In this document: in pieces, positions 51,980 through 64,000 of the stretch
How positions within the stretch are numbered: the stretch's first letter is position 1
How the letters are laid out: every line of letters starts with the position of its first letter
NCBI GenBank assembly: GCA_965649765.1
Contig: OZ287752.1
Coordinates: 46,500,001-46,564,000 of the forward strand
Direction: 5' to 3'
Length of the DNA stretch: 64,000 nucleotides
Source of the DNA: Bispira polyomma
Taxonomy: Eukaryota
Notes under the pieces: generated by a model
Told to the model about the DNA's origin: nothing
What the model saw: the letters and a program-made list of their open reading frames with translations, nothing else
The model's database searches: none
Program-made: the position numbers and the translations under genes

Positions 51980-52480
51980 CTCTCCAAAACGGTGCAAGAT
52001 TGAGCTCATTTTTGACATGCAGAACAGATTTTGCTGAGTATACAGCAACTTTTCAGAAAGTTTAGATTTTTTTGGCCATCCTTAATATCTGAGTATTATA
52101 GTGGTAAACAGCATAGTGGTCAATTAGTTTTGTCCGGTGACATCATGATGTTATCTCCTAAACGGTAGAAGAAAGAGGGATTTCGAGCTCATTTTCGACC
52201 CACAGGGTAGAGTTGTATGGCAACTTTTGAGAAATTTTCAAATTTTCGCGGCCATTTTGAATTGCTGCTTTTTTTCTGAAGAAGTCTAACTTCTCAGAAA
52301 TGGTGCGAGATGTAGCGATTCCAACCTGCATGCAGAGTATTCTGCAGAGTATACAGCCACCTTTTTCAAAATGTTATCTCTAAAACGATGTGAGATAGAG
52401 TGATTTTAAGCTCATTTTTGACCAACAAGGCATATATGAAAACTTTAAAAAAAATTCCGATTTTGGCAGCCATCTTGCAT
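51980..52480 (+). repeat. Degenerate ~130-170-bp repeat array (Helentron/HINE-like internal repeats)
   Basis: Recurrent TCTC(N)AAACGGT...GAGCTCATTTT...CAACTTTT...GCCAT(C/T)TTG modules, 3-4 copies. Confidence 0.45.
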
Positions 52481-52699
52481 TTCTCATTTAGATTTATCAA
52501 TCCTGCTGTCGAAACCATCCATTTGGTATGCTAACGTTGGAGCCCCATGTTGTGAGCTTAACCCATATTTCATGCATTTCCCTATTGTTGTAACCAACCT
52601 CCATGCATCCACCTAGTGGCGAAAAATACTAGGGCTCATCTCCCTGCATTAGGAACTATAAAGTTCCACCAACAAATGCAGCATTTTTTTAAAAAAGGG

Positions 52700-53820
52700 C
52701 TTTACTCAGTTTTATAGAATTTTTATAACGTTTTGAGGTACTTAGACTTTGGTCAAGGATTCATTCAATGGATCATACTTTTAAACAATAACATCAATGA
52801 CTCAGTAATTCAATGTGGTGTTCTATTTAAACCTTTTCAAATTAAACGGAGGTGCTGCCAAGGTGACCCTACATCTCCATATTCATTCATTATATATGAT
52901 TGTATATTGTCTATTCTTATTTGCAATAATAACGAATTGGTGAGAATAAAAGTGGGAATGACAAAATTCAGGATCACGCAGTTTGCTGTCAACACTACTC
53001 TGTTCATGAATGGCTCCCAGAAATCCTTGTGGGTGGTCTTAAACATTCTGGAAATATTGGTAGTGTGTCTGGCTTGAAAAGGAACACCCGAAACACCAAG
53101 CTAATATTGATAGATCGTAAACAAACATAGTAAAAAAAGCTATTGGTATGCCTAACTTAAAATGGGGCACCACTGAATTTGAACTGCTAAGTATACCTTT
53201 CAATGTTAAATTACAAAAAATGGTGAAATTTTTTTTTGTCAACATACTCCGTAATTGGAAAAAAACGCTATCTGGCACCTTTTGGGCAAATAACTGTTAT
53301 TAAAATTTATCATTACAAAATTGAATCACATTTATATCCCTACTAAATACCTCTCGTACAATCATTAACTCTTTAAATTATCTCATTTATATTTTTTTGT
53401 GGAATGGCAAATCTGAAAAAGTAAACCAAAAATTGGTTGCGAAGGGGTATTTAGATGGTGGGCTTAAGATGATTGACCTAGACAAATTCATAAAGTCATT
53501 AAAAGTTACTTGGGTCAGACGATTAATAACAAATTCAGATGCACATTAGGCTAAACTTTTTAATTATAACTTAAACTTTAGCAATGGGTTAGCAGTATTA
53601 CAGTTAGTTTGGTCATAGTGCAAACAAGTTGTAATAAGACAAAAAATCCTTTCTGGTGTGATGTGTTCATTTCTTGGTAAACTGTGGCAGACACATGTAT
53701 AGTTGAGTCACTTAATGAGACTAATATAGTCCACTTTGGCACAATAACATGATCAGCAAGCATGATATGTTTTATCCAGCTTGGTTAGACCATGAGATTA
53801 GCTCAGTTACATGCTATTAA
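52700..53820 (+). mobile_element. L1/Tx1-clade LINE RT fragment
   Basis: Encodes FGQGFIQWI...RRCCQGDPTSPYSF...ITQFAVNTTLF and FLWNGKSEKV...GGLKMIDLDKFIKSLKVTWVRRL. Confidence 0.88.
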
Positions 53821-54276
53821 TAGTCGTCTTTAGGTGATTGAAAGAAAACGTAGTACAAGGAAAGCTAGATCCAGAACTTTGGCTATCGCAGTCCCCTTGT
53901 TATGGAATAGTCTCCCAGTTGACCTCAGATCACTTAAAATATTTGTCAGTCTTGGGAAAAACTTAAAACCTATTTTTTTAACACTGCTTACCTAACTTAG
54001 TTCCCTCTTGTCATATTTTCTTACATATGTTTTTACCTTTATATATTTGATAGATCAAATAAAGATCAAAATTGCTTATAAGATCAACAAAAAGATTAAT
54101 GTGCAAGATTATTTTCATGTTCACTAAAATTAATTTTTGGCAAGTTATAAAAAATTATAAATGTGTTTTTTGAAAAGTTATATTTTAGCTTAATTGTAAA
54201 ATCAAAAAGCGAAAAGTCTGGATAGGTATTTTTACGCTATCGTTCTGACCACAAGAAGTATATGGAATGCTAGCAT

Positions 54277-54681
54277 CTACTGACACTCGTCCATGTACTT
54301 GGCAGGTAACAACTGTGGATACAGACAGCTGTGAAGTGTCTTTTGTTTAGGAACCCGATGATCTCTATCAAATTGTGGGCTTCTTGTTTTATAGGTACTT
54401 AGTGATCCAGTAAGATCTAGCTGTTCATATGTACGCCAGTGGAGGTACTCTGAGTGACTATCTGTGCTAGCTCGTTCCCAAACTTCACGGCAGTTTGTCA
54501 GCAGTTGGGAGTGTTTTCGGCCATCAATAGGTAAGTCAGCAATGCACAGCCTTGAGTTGAGCTTGCTGTTACAGTTAGTTTGGTCTGCCACTACACAAGA
54601 GTCTGCCAAGGGTGAAGGTCTTCTTGGGTTTTCCCAACACATCAGGTCATGAATAGCATTCTGCTGGCGTAAAACCTTCTC
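54277..54681 (-). CDS. Possible terminal exon of an unknown gene (134 aa open frame)
   Basis: Acceptor-like cattcaacag|GAG and a GC-richer open frame to a stop at 54277. No family recognised. Confidence 0.25.
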   Translation of the reverse strand, partial: EKVLRQQNAIHDLMCWENPRRPSPLADSCVVADQTNCNSKLNSRLCIADLPIDGRKHSQLLTNCREVWERASTDSHSEYLHWRTYEQLDLTGSLSTYKTRSPQFDRDHRVPKQKTLHSCLYPQLLPAKYMDECQ

Positions 54682-55782
54682 CTGTTGAATGTAAGTGCTA
54701 TCTTGCTCCCTGTGAGTAACAATGAATAGAATTAAATTTCAAATAATAATTGCTAACATAACAAAACATTGAGAATAAGTAACACTATGAAGTGGTTTAA
54801 TACATAACATCATATATCAGATATTTAGAGCACATAATCTTATTATGAACCATATTTTATGTATAATAGTCCAAAAACAGCAACCAATTACACAGTTAAA
54901 ATAGATATTTTTGGTATAAGTATTTGGACTAAACTGACATCATTATTGCACAATGATATATCCCGGCAACACAATATCAGAACATATTTGACATATTCTT
55001 TTTTATTCGCTAAGGGCTGATTTAGGCCCACTATTTTATTTTATTCTATTTGCATTAATTCAGGCCTGTTACTTATTGTTACATTATTGATCAGTTTGAT
55101 ATCTGTCTAACTATGTGCAGGTTATGCTAGTTGTATATCTTAATTTGATGTTGTCTCATTTTTGTAGTCCCCTAAATGTCAATTTTTTACTTACCACTGA
55201 CACACCCTATTCAAAAGGTTCAGGCACATGTCCCCCGAATAACTCAAATCTGATAGTTCTGCTTGTTTTCAGTCAACGTTAGATCACCCAAAATCAAGCA
55301 TTTAGCTGTGTGTAAACCAATTATCAGCCACAGCATAGGCATTTATATTGAAATTATTACCAAAGAAAAATAGTGTTTCTTCGAAAACCTACTGCTTAGA
55401 TTACTAATATAGCAATTCAATATTTACTGACCCCTTGTAACTAACTGATTTATTTTAAACCCCCCAAGAATGTATTCAACCATTTGCTACAAAAAATCTC
55501 TACTTTGACAAGACATCAATTACTGTCAAAATACTTTTTAGGACATTAACCTACAACAAAATGGATCTTTAGGGATTATTACTAAATATTGAGACATGCC
55601 TATCCTTATAACAGGACATGTGGTCTGAGTTTCTCTAAAACATTGTTGATAATGGTAAACATGACCTTTATAATGTATGGTTAAATGATATGGTTAAATA
55701 ATAATATCTATGTAGCACCAGTCAATTATTTTAAAAAAATAGACCCTTTTTAAACAATAGCTAATTCTGAAATTCTATTGGT

Positions 55783-58700
55783 AATTGGAATTTTTGTTAG
55801 TAAAATTGCTATAAGTGACTCCGTCGGGAGTCAGCTTAGTTGAAACAAAAAATCATGACACTACCTAAGCCTTCTCCCTTTAGCACACATGACTATATAG
55901 GTCACGCAACTAAACGACAATTGAGCTTCCGCTCATTGTCTTTAAAATTGTAGTTCCCACCCCTGAGAAGATGTTGATGCGGGGTTGATGGTCACGATGT
56001 ACGATTTGTTCGGAATTGATAGGAATTTCACTAACAAAAATTTCAATTTCATTGTGTAAAATGTACCTATAAATTCCTAACAAATGCTGAATACAGCTTT
56101 AAAGGACCTGGAAGTAAACATCTTCTTCATCCCCCAAAACTGCATTGTAAACTGTAAGTCAAAGGTTCAGGTAGTGTCCAGATTTACAGATATATACATA
56201 TAAAAACACCCTAACAATTCTTAGAATATTCTCAAGCAGATATATTACAAAGGAAGAAGTGTCTTACCTCCATAGGTACAAGAGATGATGATGGCATTCA
56301 TATTCACTGTACACACAGAATCCCATCACCAAAATTAACTTGAACAAGAACATGAACTACATCTATATCTGTGGTGTGTGCCAGGGAGTTGAATACCTGA
56401 GGGTGAAGTGACCATTTCTGTCAGAATGACCTTCTCCCTTTTTGACAGGCAATCTGCTTACAGATTCAAGTTTCCTGGTATGTGTCTTGCCTGTATTGGA
56501 ATCAGGCAAGCATTTGCCCAGCCCATGATTCTCCACACTAGAACACATTTCCATGGAAAATAGAACCCCTTTGCTTGTTCAAATAGGCTACTATAGCGGC
56601 GTTGTCTAAGGAAATAAGCACTGTCTTTCCTAGCAGAGAACTGTGGAACTCACAACTAAAAACACTGCCTTGAGTTCCAAGAGATTTATGTGCAAATCTG
56701 TTTCGACGGAATTCGACAAGCCATTTCAGGAGCGATCCCCTAGATGAACTCCCCACCTCTTGGTGACACATCTGTGAACAGGTGCACATTGTGCACCTAA
56801 AGATGCAGAGGAGCCCTTTCCACATTGTGGATGAGCATTTACACCACTTCAAATGTTTTAGGAGACTTGATTTTACTGGGAAAAGTCTGTCCAAGGAAAA
56901 AGGTACATGCCAATACATGTAGTTCTTGAGATACCATTGGAATGCCCTCTTGTGTAACCTTCCTAGAGGAAACGTTTTCTCTGGAGAAGCTAACATTCTT
57001 ATGAAAGACATTAGACTTCTAGCTAACATGTTTACCGGCCTTCTGATGGAAACAATGATTCCGTTAAGTTTCATTAACTTCTTCTTGGCGGGATATACCA
57101 ATCCTTCTTGCAGATTGAAGTGGTAACCCAGAAACTCTATGGTTTTGAAATTTATCAACCAGCCCAAAGACTGGATCAGAGAGCATCTGCCATACACTGG
57201 CTTTGCGACTCTGATTGCAGTATCGAATCGTCTAGACAGGGTTCGATTTTCAACGTCTAAAACCTTTTTTGGACGTGATGGCATCAAAAACTAGGTTTTA
57301 ACCATCAAAAACTGGTTTAAACCGTCAAAAACTGTCAAAAATTCTCTTCTCCATTCATAACTTCTCACCCCCCACTTTAAAGCTTTTATCACAAGTTACT
57401 CTTTTTGTATTTGATACTAATAACTCCACAATGAGGTTTAATGACTATTGTAATCAGGATTATTATAATTTAATTGATAATACTGAAAACTAATACTTGA
57501 GAAATCATAAAATCAGTCAGGATTTACTTCTTACATATATTTGTGATAGGGAAGGGGGCATTTGTCATATGTAGAGGAAGCTTTCGCCATCCCTTTAAAA
57601 TAGGAGGGAGGGGGGCTTTTGTCTTTGAATCATCTGATTGTGTCTACAGGCAGAGAGGATTAGGAACACATTTTGCAGGCTTATCACTTTAACATAAGTA
57701 GCCTGAGTTAAAATGTCTCACAATTGTTGTATTTTGACTTTTTTGTAATACAATGTTTACTATTACAGTGTTTTCAATGTATTTCTGATTAAATTTGGAT
57801 GTTTTTAACACTATATACTGCAGTTAACTAGGATTTTTTACAAACATAAAATGAAACATTTCTTGCCTTTTTTTAACTAAGGGTTTTTGCCTACACTTGA
57901 TATCTATTGTTCCAAAGTAAATTTTTTTACTTAATAGGGACATTTTGACAGTTTTTGACATTTCTTGTTGGGATTTTGGTTTTTGACGTTTTTAACACTT
58001 TGGCATCAAAAACCTGTTTTTGACGTGACAGTCAAAAAACTTCCAACCCTGCGTCTAGATACTAATGTATCCTAAGATTCTGAGACTGTACCATCAATTT
58101 TATCTCTTTTACTACTTGAGTGAACTCCAATGAAGTTGTTGCATTTCCAAACAGAAGAGCCTAAAACTAATAAACTTTCCTCTGCACCTCAAACTGCAAG
58201 TACTTCTGAGAGTAAGGGTGAATTGGAATTTGGAAATATGCATCCGTCAGGTCCAAGGAAACTATCCATTCGCCTATCTTAAGAGATTTCCGGATTGATT
58301 CCGGATATTTATATATAAATGGTGATTTAAAAGACAAAAAATATTTATTTGTCGCCATTTCTTGTTTAGCTTTAGTACTACAAAAATCTGACTCTAACAA
58401 CACATATAATTTGACTTCCGGACCATATCTTTACATAAATGCTGTTGATAAAAGGTTTTTGAATCAAAAGTGGAATTTCCTGAAAATCTATGCAGTAACT
58501 GTCTTATTGAAGTGGAAATGCACTGGGATAACCTTGATTTTGTAACCATACTTGAGCAAAAATCATTAGTCGACCTCCAGCTACCAGCTTGACCTCCATT
58601 AAACAGTCATTTTCCCCATGACAGAGAGCCACAACCAGAGCATTTGAAAGATCCTGTTACCTCGTCTCTGGCACTCTTGTTCTGGTTCTTAAAAAAAGAC

Positions 58701-60070
58701 AAAAACCAGAGTTTGTAGGCTTTTGACTGTAACTCCGCGTTTGAGGTTGAGAGTAAGAGGATATATCCTTGCTCCTTCTGTCATGGTTTCTGGGCATAAA
58801 ATCCTTTCTCTTTGCTGGAGATGAAGGCAACTGTAATCTCTGAATGTAATGTTCCACCTTATTCGGCATTATAGTTGGAAAAACCTCCTTTGCAGTGAAA
58901 TCAGAATTCCTCACAGAGTTAATATCCCCTGACACAACTTTAAAACGAACTTGCTTCAACAAATTGTGCCCCCTAGCAAGTTGCAGGATATCAAAATCTG
59001 TGACTGTATTACTGAATCCAATGCCAAATCCAATAAAGCAGTGACTTTTTCATGAACTTGGTCAACATATCAATGTCTGAAACTTCTTCACTTCCCTCAT
59101 CCTTTCAATTATTTACAATGTGAGGCACTCTTAGACTCTTGATCTTAGATAATGTAGTCTTAAACCAATACACATGAAAAGACCCGAGGAAAAGTGGAGT
59201 ACCACTTCATTGATTGGTTTTAAAAATTGTCCCTTCTGAAATGCCTCCTTATCAACTGACCCATCTGGAACCCTACCAGAAGCTTTCCTAGCTTTGTAGC
59301 CCCAAATATACTTTAATCCAGGAACAGGTGGAAAACCCAAGGACTGAGCCATAGTACTTCTTGGGACACTTCTTTGGAAATACTGAAGGGGGTACTGTTG
59401 CTCCGCCCAAAGATTCAATAACTCTTTAACCGTGGTCACTAGCTCTGTGAAAGACAGATCAAATACCGATTGATCCTCACGATCAGAATTTGACTGTGGA
59501 GTTAGATATATCTCTTGTACTGGTAGTAGTGGCAGTAGAGGGAACTGACGTTGTTACCGACAGTTGGCAATCTTCCTCTGACGACTGGTCTGCACACTGT
59601 GTTGAACCAGTTCCCTTCAATGCCGATGGACCAATGGTGGAACTCCCAAAATGCTCAGCGGTAGCTGACTGATAACAGTCTAAATGGTGTCCCTATAATG
59701 GCTGTTGGCCTTGTGAAGAGAATTCTTGCTCCTACTGTGAGACTTCTTCTTAGAAGATTTTATAGTAATAGTAGCTAAACAAGCAGAATCGTCCATAGCA
59801 ACCATTACCATGTGAGCCCAATTTCTTTGAAGGTTTCTTAGACATCTGAACCCCATCTTTACTGCTGGCTCTACTGTCTAACCTTTTTTGTCAAAGCCTA
59901 GACTACCCTCATCCAAACAGCCAATGTCTGGACATGGACCTATATAATGGTGTGTGCTAAAGAGGGGGGGGCGGTTTAGATAGTGTCAGGATTTTTAGTT
60001 TCGACCGAGCTGACTCCCGGCGGAGTCAGTTATATCAATTGTTAGGAATGATAGGTAAAGTTTACGCAAT
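55783..60070 (-). mobile_element. DIRS1-like retrotransposon with ITRs and internal complementary region (defective)
   Basis: ITRs at 55809-55871 and 59973-60034. ICR at 56026-56086 is complementary to both outer ends. RT WIVSLDLTDAYFQIPIHP (58167-58403); RT/RNase H LGWLINFK...FLGYHF...GRLHKRAFQW...LDNAAIVAYLNKQ (56538-57230); gag-like remnants at 58650-59900. Confidence 0.9.
57237..58051. mobile_element. Non-autonomous hAT-type element inserted in DIRS RT
   Basis: CAGGGTT.../...AACCCTG termini. Perfect 8-bp TSD CGTCTAGA at 57229-57236 and 58052-58059. TCAAAAAC subterminal repeats at both ends. Confidence 0.88.
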
Positions 60071-60685
60071 AAAAATAGTTGTTCTTTATTTTCCCATCCT
60101 ATATCAAGTTAAATCACACTACACCCTGTTTCCTAATTCGTTTAACAGTTTTTGAACGGAGATTGTAAAAATTATTAACGCTTCACCAAAAAATCATACT
60201 CGTTTATCCAATTTTTAGACATGAAATGTCTTTATATTCTTATCACCATGTCACATCCTTTATGGTGCTTTTCCAAATGGAAAAAAGAATTTTGAAAAAA
60301 GAGCGTGAAAAATTGCGTCACGACGACCTGTAAGATAAGTCCTACGATCGTCCTGATAAGTTGTTTGCATTACAATTGATTGGCCTGATTAGTCTTCACG
60401 ATCACATGTTTTTTGCTCCCAACCTCCCCGATTGGTAAAGATAAATCATTGGAACTACTTATGATCCAAAAGATAGGCAGTAAGGGCATTACAATCCAGT
60501 TATTGGACACTAAGATAAGTCGGCTGACAGAACGACTAAATCAGATCAATATCTTGGTAATAACAATCAGTGTGTACCAAGTTCATCAAATGCTATATAA
60601 ACGAGGGCTCGAACTTGAATCCAGGCAGTTTAATTCAGAAGTCAAGTGATTAACACAATTCCACAAAGAATAATAAATTTAGCAA

Positions 60686-62200
60686 ATGGACTTGGGGCTG
60701 TAATTGCCTACATGCAAGCACAACTGATTCAGAAGGCAAAAGGAAGCACTGAATCTACAGCCTTAGCCTCAGGCTCAGGTGGCCAGAAGACGAAGGGCAA
60801 GGCCAAGGCTCTGGACAAAGCCATGGCTCAGGGAAAGGGAAGAACATGGACACTGTGGTCTAGTGGTTTGGGTGTTGGTCTGATGATCAGAAGGTGCCCG
60901 GTTCAAGTCCCGACTGCTAGTTTCATTTAGTGGGATAACATCCTTAGGCAAGATGTAAACACAAGTTTGCCTAGTGGCTCGGATGACTACTTAAAATGGC
61001 GTTCCTCTGTCACTGAGTAATATCTCCAATGGCAGATTAAAGATCCTTGGGGACGTTGATAAATGGTCATCCCCAAGCACCTCGGCGCCCATAGTGGCTG
61101 CCCATGAGGAAGCGCATTTGAAAGGACCCTGTGTTCTATAAGTGCGCTATAACAGATGTACTATTTCACTACACAGCACTTATGCCACACCTGGAGCTGC
61201 AAGATCTCCAGTAATACCAAAACTTCCTCAGGATACTCCTGAAGTATTCCAGGAGATGGAAAGGAGGGTAGGGCACAGGATACAGAGACAAACCACCTAG
61301 TACAGGAAGGCACTGCCCCCTGGATTCAAGATAGCCATAAATTTGAGGCATTTGGCTACTCGGGAGTCCTACACATTGCTGCAGTACTTGTTCGTAGTGG
61401 ACAGATCAACCACAACTAAGTTTGTGCAAGATGTTTGCCAGGCCATCATCGATAAGTACCAGGAAGAATTCCTCACATGCCCCACCAGCCTCGTTGACTG
61501 GAAGAAGGTTGATTTTGTGTTCCAGAACACGTGGAATGTTCCCAATTCCCTGGTGGCCATAGACAGCAAACACATTGCTATGAGATGCCTGGGGAAAAGT
61601 GGGAGCGTAGTAGTACTTCAACTACAAGAGGTACAACTCAATCGTCATGCTTGCCCTGGTAGATGGGGATTACAGTTTCCTGTGGGTCAACATAGGATCA
61701 AACGGCTCATGTTCGGATGCCCAGATTTTTAACAGATCCAAAATGAAGGAGAAAATAGAAGACCAGTCAAACAACTCCCCCCCCCCCCAAAACCATTAGC
61801 CCCGTCAGAGCCGCTGTCCCCTACTTCATCCTAGGGGATGACACATTTGCCATAAAGACATGGATGAAACCCTACATCTGACGGGGGATGGACGTGAAGG
61901 GTAGGTTATTAAATTTGGATAGATAAACTTTTTATTACACTCTCACCTGTTACACAACCAGCAAAGTATGGCTAATGAGGTGGTATAGCATGTGTGGTTC
62001 TGCACAATGTGATGAGGACCGAAGCTATCAACATGGCTAATCCAAGTAATCAATAAGATGACCAACCTGTCCCACCGATAGCAGCATGTGTTGGAGGAAA
62101 CCACCCACCCAAATGTAGAAATCCTATCAGGGCAACAAAAGAACAGAGGCAACAATATATCACCAATGAGGGGGCAGTGCCCTGGCAAAATGACCGAATT
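60686..62200 (+). pseudogene. PIF/Harbinger transposase pseudogene (HARBI1-like DDE)
   Basis: LWTKPWLREREEHGH[SINE]YTALM...NFLR...LRHLATRESYTLLQY...WNVPNSLVAIDSKHIAM...YFNYKRYNSIVMLALVDGDYSFLWVNIGSNGSCSDAQIF...ILGDDTFAIKTWMKP...ACVVLHNV. Contains stops and frameshifts. Confidence 0.92.
60855..61166 (+). mobile_element. SINE family B inserted in Harbinger transposase
   Basis: A-box GTGGTCTAGTGG and B-box GGTTCAAGTCC. Flanked by CACT/CACT (60851-54, 61167-70); removal rejoins ...EHGH-YTAL. Confidence 0.9.
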
Positions 62201-62899
62201 TGAGAATACACCTGAGCCAGAGCCAAGAACAAACCTAAAAGGCCCTTTTCAAGGCCACCCAAAACATACAAAAACTATTTCTGAGTTGTTGTTAAAAATA
62301 CATAAAAACCCCTCACGACAAGAAGCATACTGCCCCCACAAATAACTTATCACACAAACAGACAAACAAAAAATACTTGGCCCCCTCCCCACACACACAC
62401 ATAAGTCCAATTCCAGGGAGCCTGAGAAAAACCCCTCTATTTAAACAAACCCACCATTTATATATATTTTAAATTAAAAGCTTACTGGGTTCCACAAAAT
62501 GGGTGATTTATTCAACAGAGGTCTACTTAAGGGTGTTTTCACATAAAGGGGGCTTCACTTAACAGAGTTCTACTCAGAGGCGTTTCCAAACAAATGGGGT
62601 CTGACTCAACAGATTTTTAATTCGGAGGGTTTCTACATATTTATAAAGGGAGAGTGAACTTGTCACATTTCTACTTTGGGGTGGTTTCTGGTATTGCATT
62701 TATTTTTCAAATTATTTGTTTGGGGGCCAAGTATTTTCCTTCTGGGGTGTATGTTGCGCAAATTTCTACTTGGGGGGGATTTAGAAGTTAACATTTATTT
62801 CTTATTTAGGTGTGTGTGGGGTATTTTTCATTTGTGTGTATGTGTGTAAGTTATTTGTGGGGGAAGTATGCGTCGGTGGTCGTAGTGCTGGTGCTGGCT

Positions 62900-64000
62900 T
62901 GTGCCTGAGTACTTGGGTCGTCTTTGGTTGGAGAGTACAGGCTGGAATCCATTTAGTGGCGATCTGGATTAAGAGGTAAGAATTGATCAGGAGTGTCTAT
63001 GTTCTGGTAGCTGAGATTGTCAGTCACTACCTCAAAACCTCTAAGGAGAGATGGACTGTCGAGGCATTCAGTAGGTTTGACGATGGGTTTGTGTACTGGT
63101 GACTGGTGCTCGCTACAGCCCTTCCTGATGTTAAAATAGATGGTGCAGTGTGTTGCACTTCGACTGTTGACTGCGGCTTGACAGATGAGGGTTGAATAGG
63201 TCATAGCAGTCTTTTCTGGGGTTGCTGGTACATGTACTACGGTTGTTGCTGTTGCTGTTGAGGTACAAAGGTGGATGAGTTCATTTGGTATTCTATCTGG
63301 GGTTGTACCTGGTACTGCTGGAGCTGTGGCACTGTTTGTGCTCTAGCCACCGGGTCTTGGATAGCATTTATAAGGTTGAATGCCTTGCTTCTAAAGTGGT
63401 TGAAATATTTATTTAAGAATTTCTTGGTCTCCAATGTCAACTAGTGGAGAAATGCCCCCCTCGGTTCCTCAGCCTTGGGCATCCTGCATCGTGACCAGCC
63501 TATCCCTCAGCTCAGTAGACAGTGCCGCCTCAGGGTTCGGGGTTGATCTGGCACAGATTGAAGACTATTTTGAGGTACTCCCAGGGGATGCTATAGACAA
63601 TAAAGACTTCATATCTGTTTCAGCAACCAGGTTTGAATGGGACCCTACCCCGAGAGTTTGTGATTCTCCTGAAGCTACGAACAAAGAGGCAGATGCGACA
63701 GGTCTGAATCCAGCTGTTCTCAAGACATGTTGTGATGTGAGGTTTCAAAAATCGAAAAAGTAAAGTCTCCAAATGCTTTAGCTGAATAAATGAAGATCTC
63801 TGGTATATACTCTCAGTCCGCTTACCGAAATGTGCACAGACAAATAACATTTCACGCCCGAGTTATCTTTTGACACCCTGATCTATCGTTTCACTCCCCA
63901 AGCTATCTTTTGTTCCCTCGAGTTATCTTTTTAGCCCGCTGGTATTAATGACTTATCTGGAGCTTCCCTAAAGACTCATCTTTTGTTCCCCCCAGTTATA
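62900..64000 (-). mobile_element. Harbinger second ORF (MADF-protein C-terminal part) and subterminal repeats, continuing beyond the window
   Basis: FLKPHI...RTAGFRPVASASLFVASG is homologous to FLRPHI...RTAGFKPISPASVFASAG at 27912-28103. Q-rich tail. TTATCTTTT repeats at 63855-64000. Confidence 0.75.

Overview
AT-rich, intron- and transposon-rich animal genomic DNA. The repeat families suggest a marine invertebrate, probably a mollusc, which is inference. Two host genes can be assembled from splice signals. (1) On the + strand is fucose mutarotase (FUOM/FucU family): five coding exons from 12835 to 41052, with the first coding exon not found in the window. (2) On the - strand is an unannotated four-exon gene (7687->2788, 224 aa) encoding a secreted, predicted four-helix protein. 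It has IL-6-like intron phases and positions, a gap-free helix-B match to IL-6, a TATA promoter with a kappaB-site cluster and an AU-rich 3' UTR. It is a candidate invertebrate IL-6/Unpaired-type cytokine, apparently nested antisense in the first FUOM intron, and is the main finding. The rest is decayed mobile DNA: several PIF/Harbinger elements (transposase plus MADF/Myb ORF), two DIRS retroelements (one with ITRs and an ICR), an Ngaro-type tyrosine recombinase remnant, a P-element-family transposase pseudogene, L2/CR1 and Tx1 LINE fragments, two tRNA-derived SINE families, MITEs and minisatellites.
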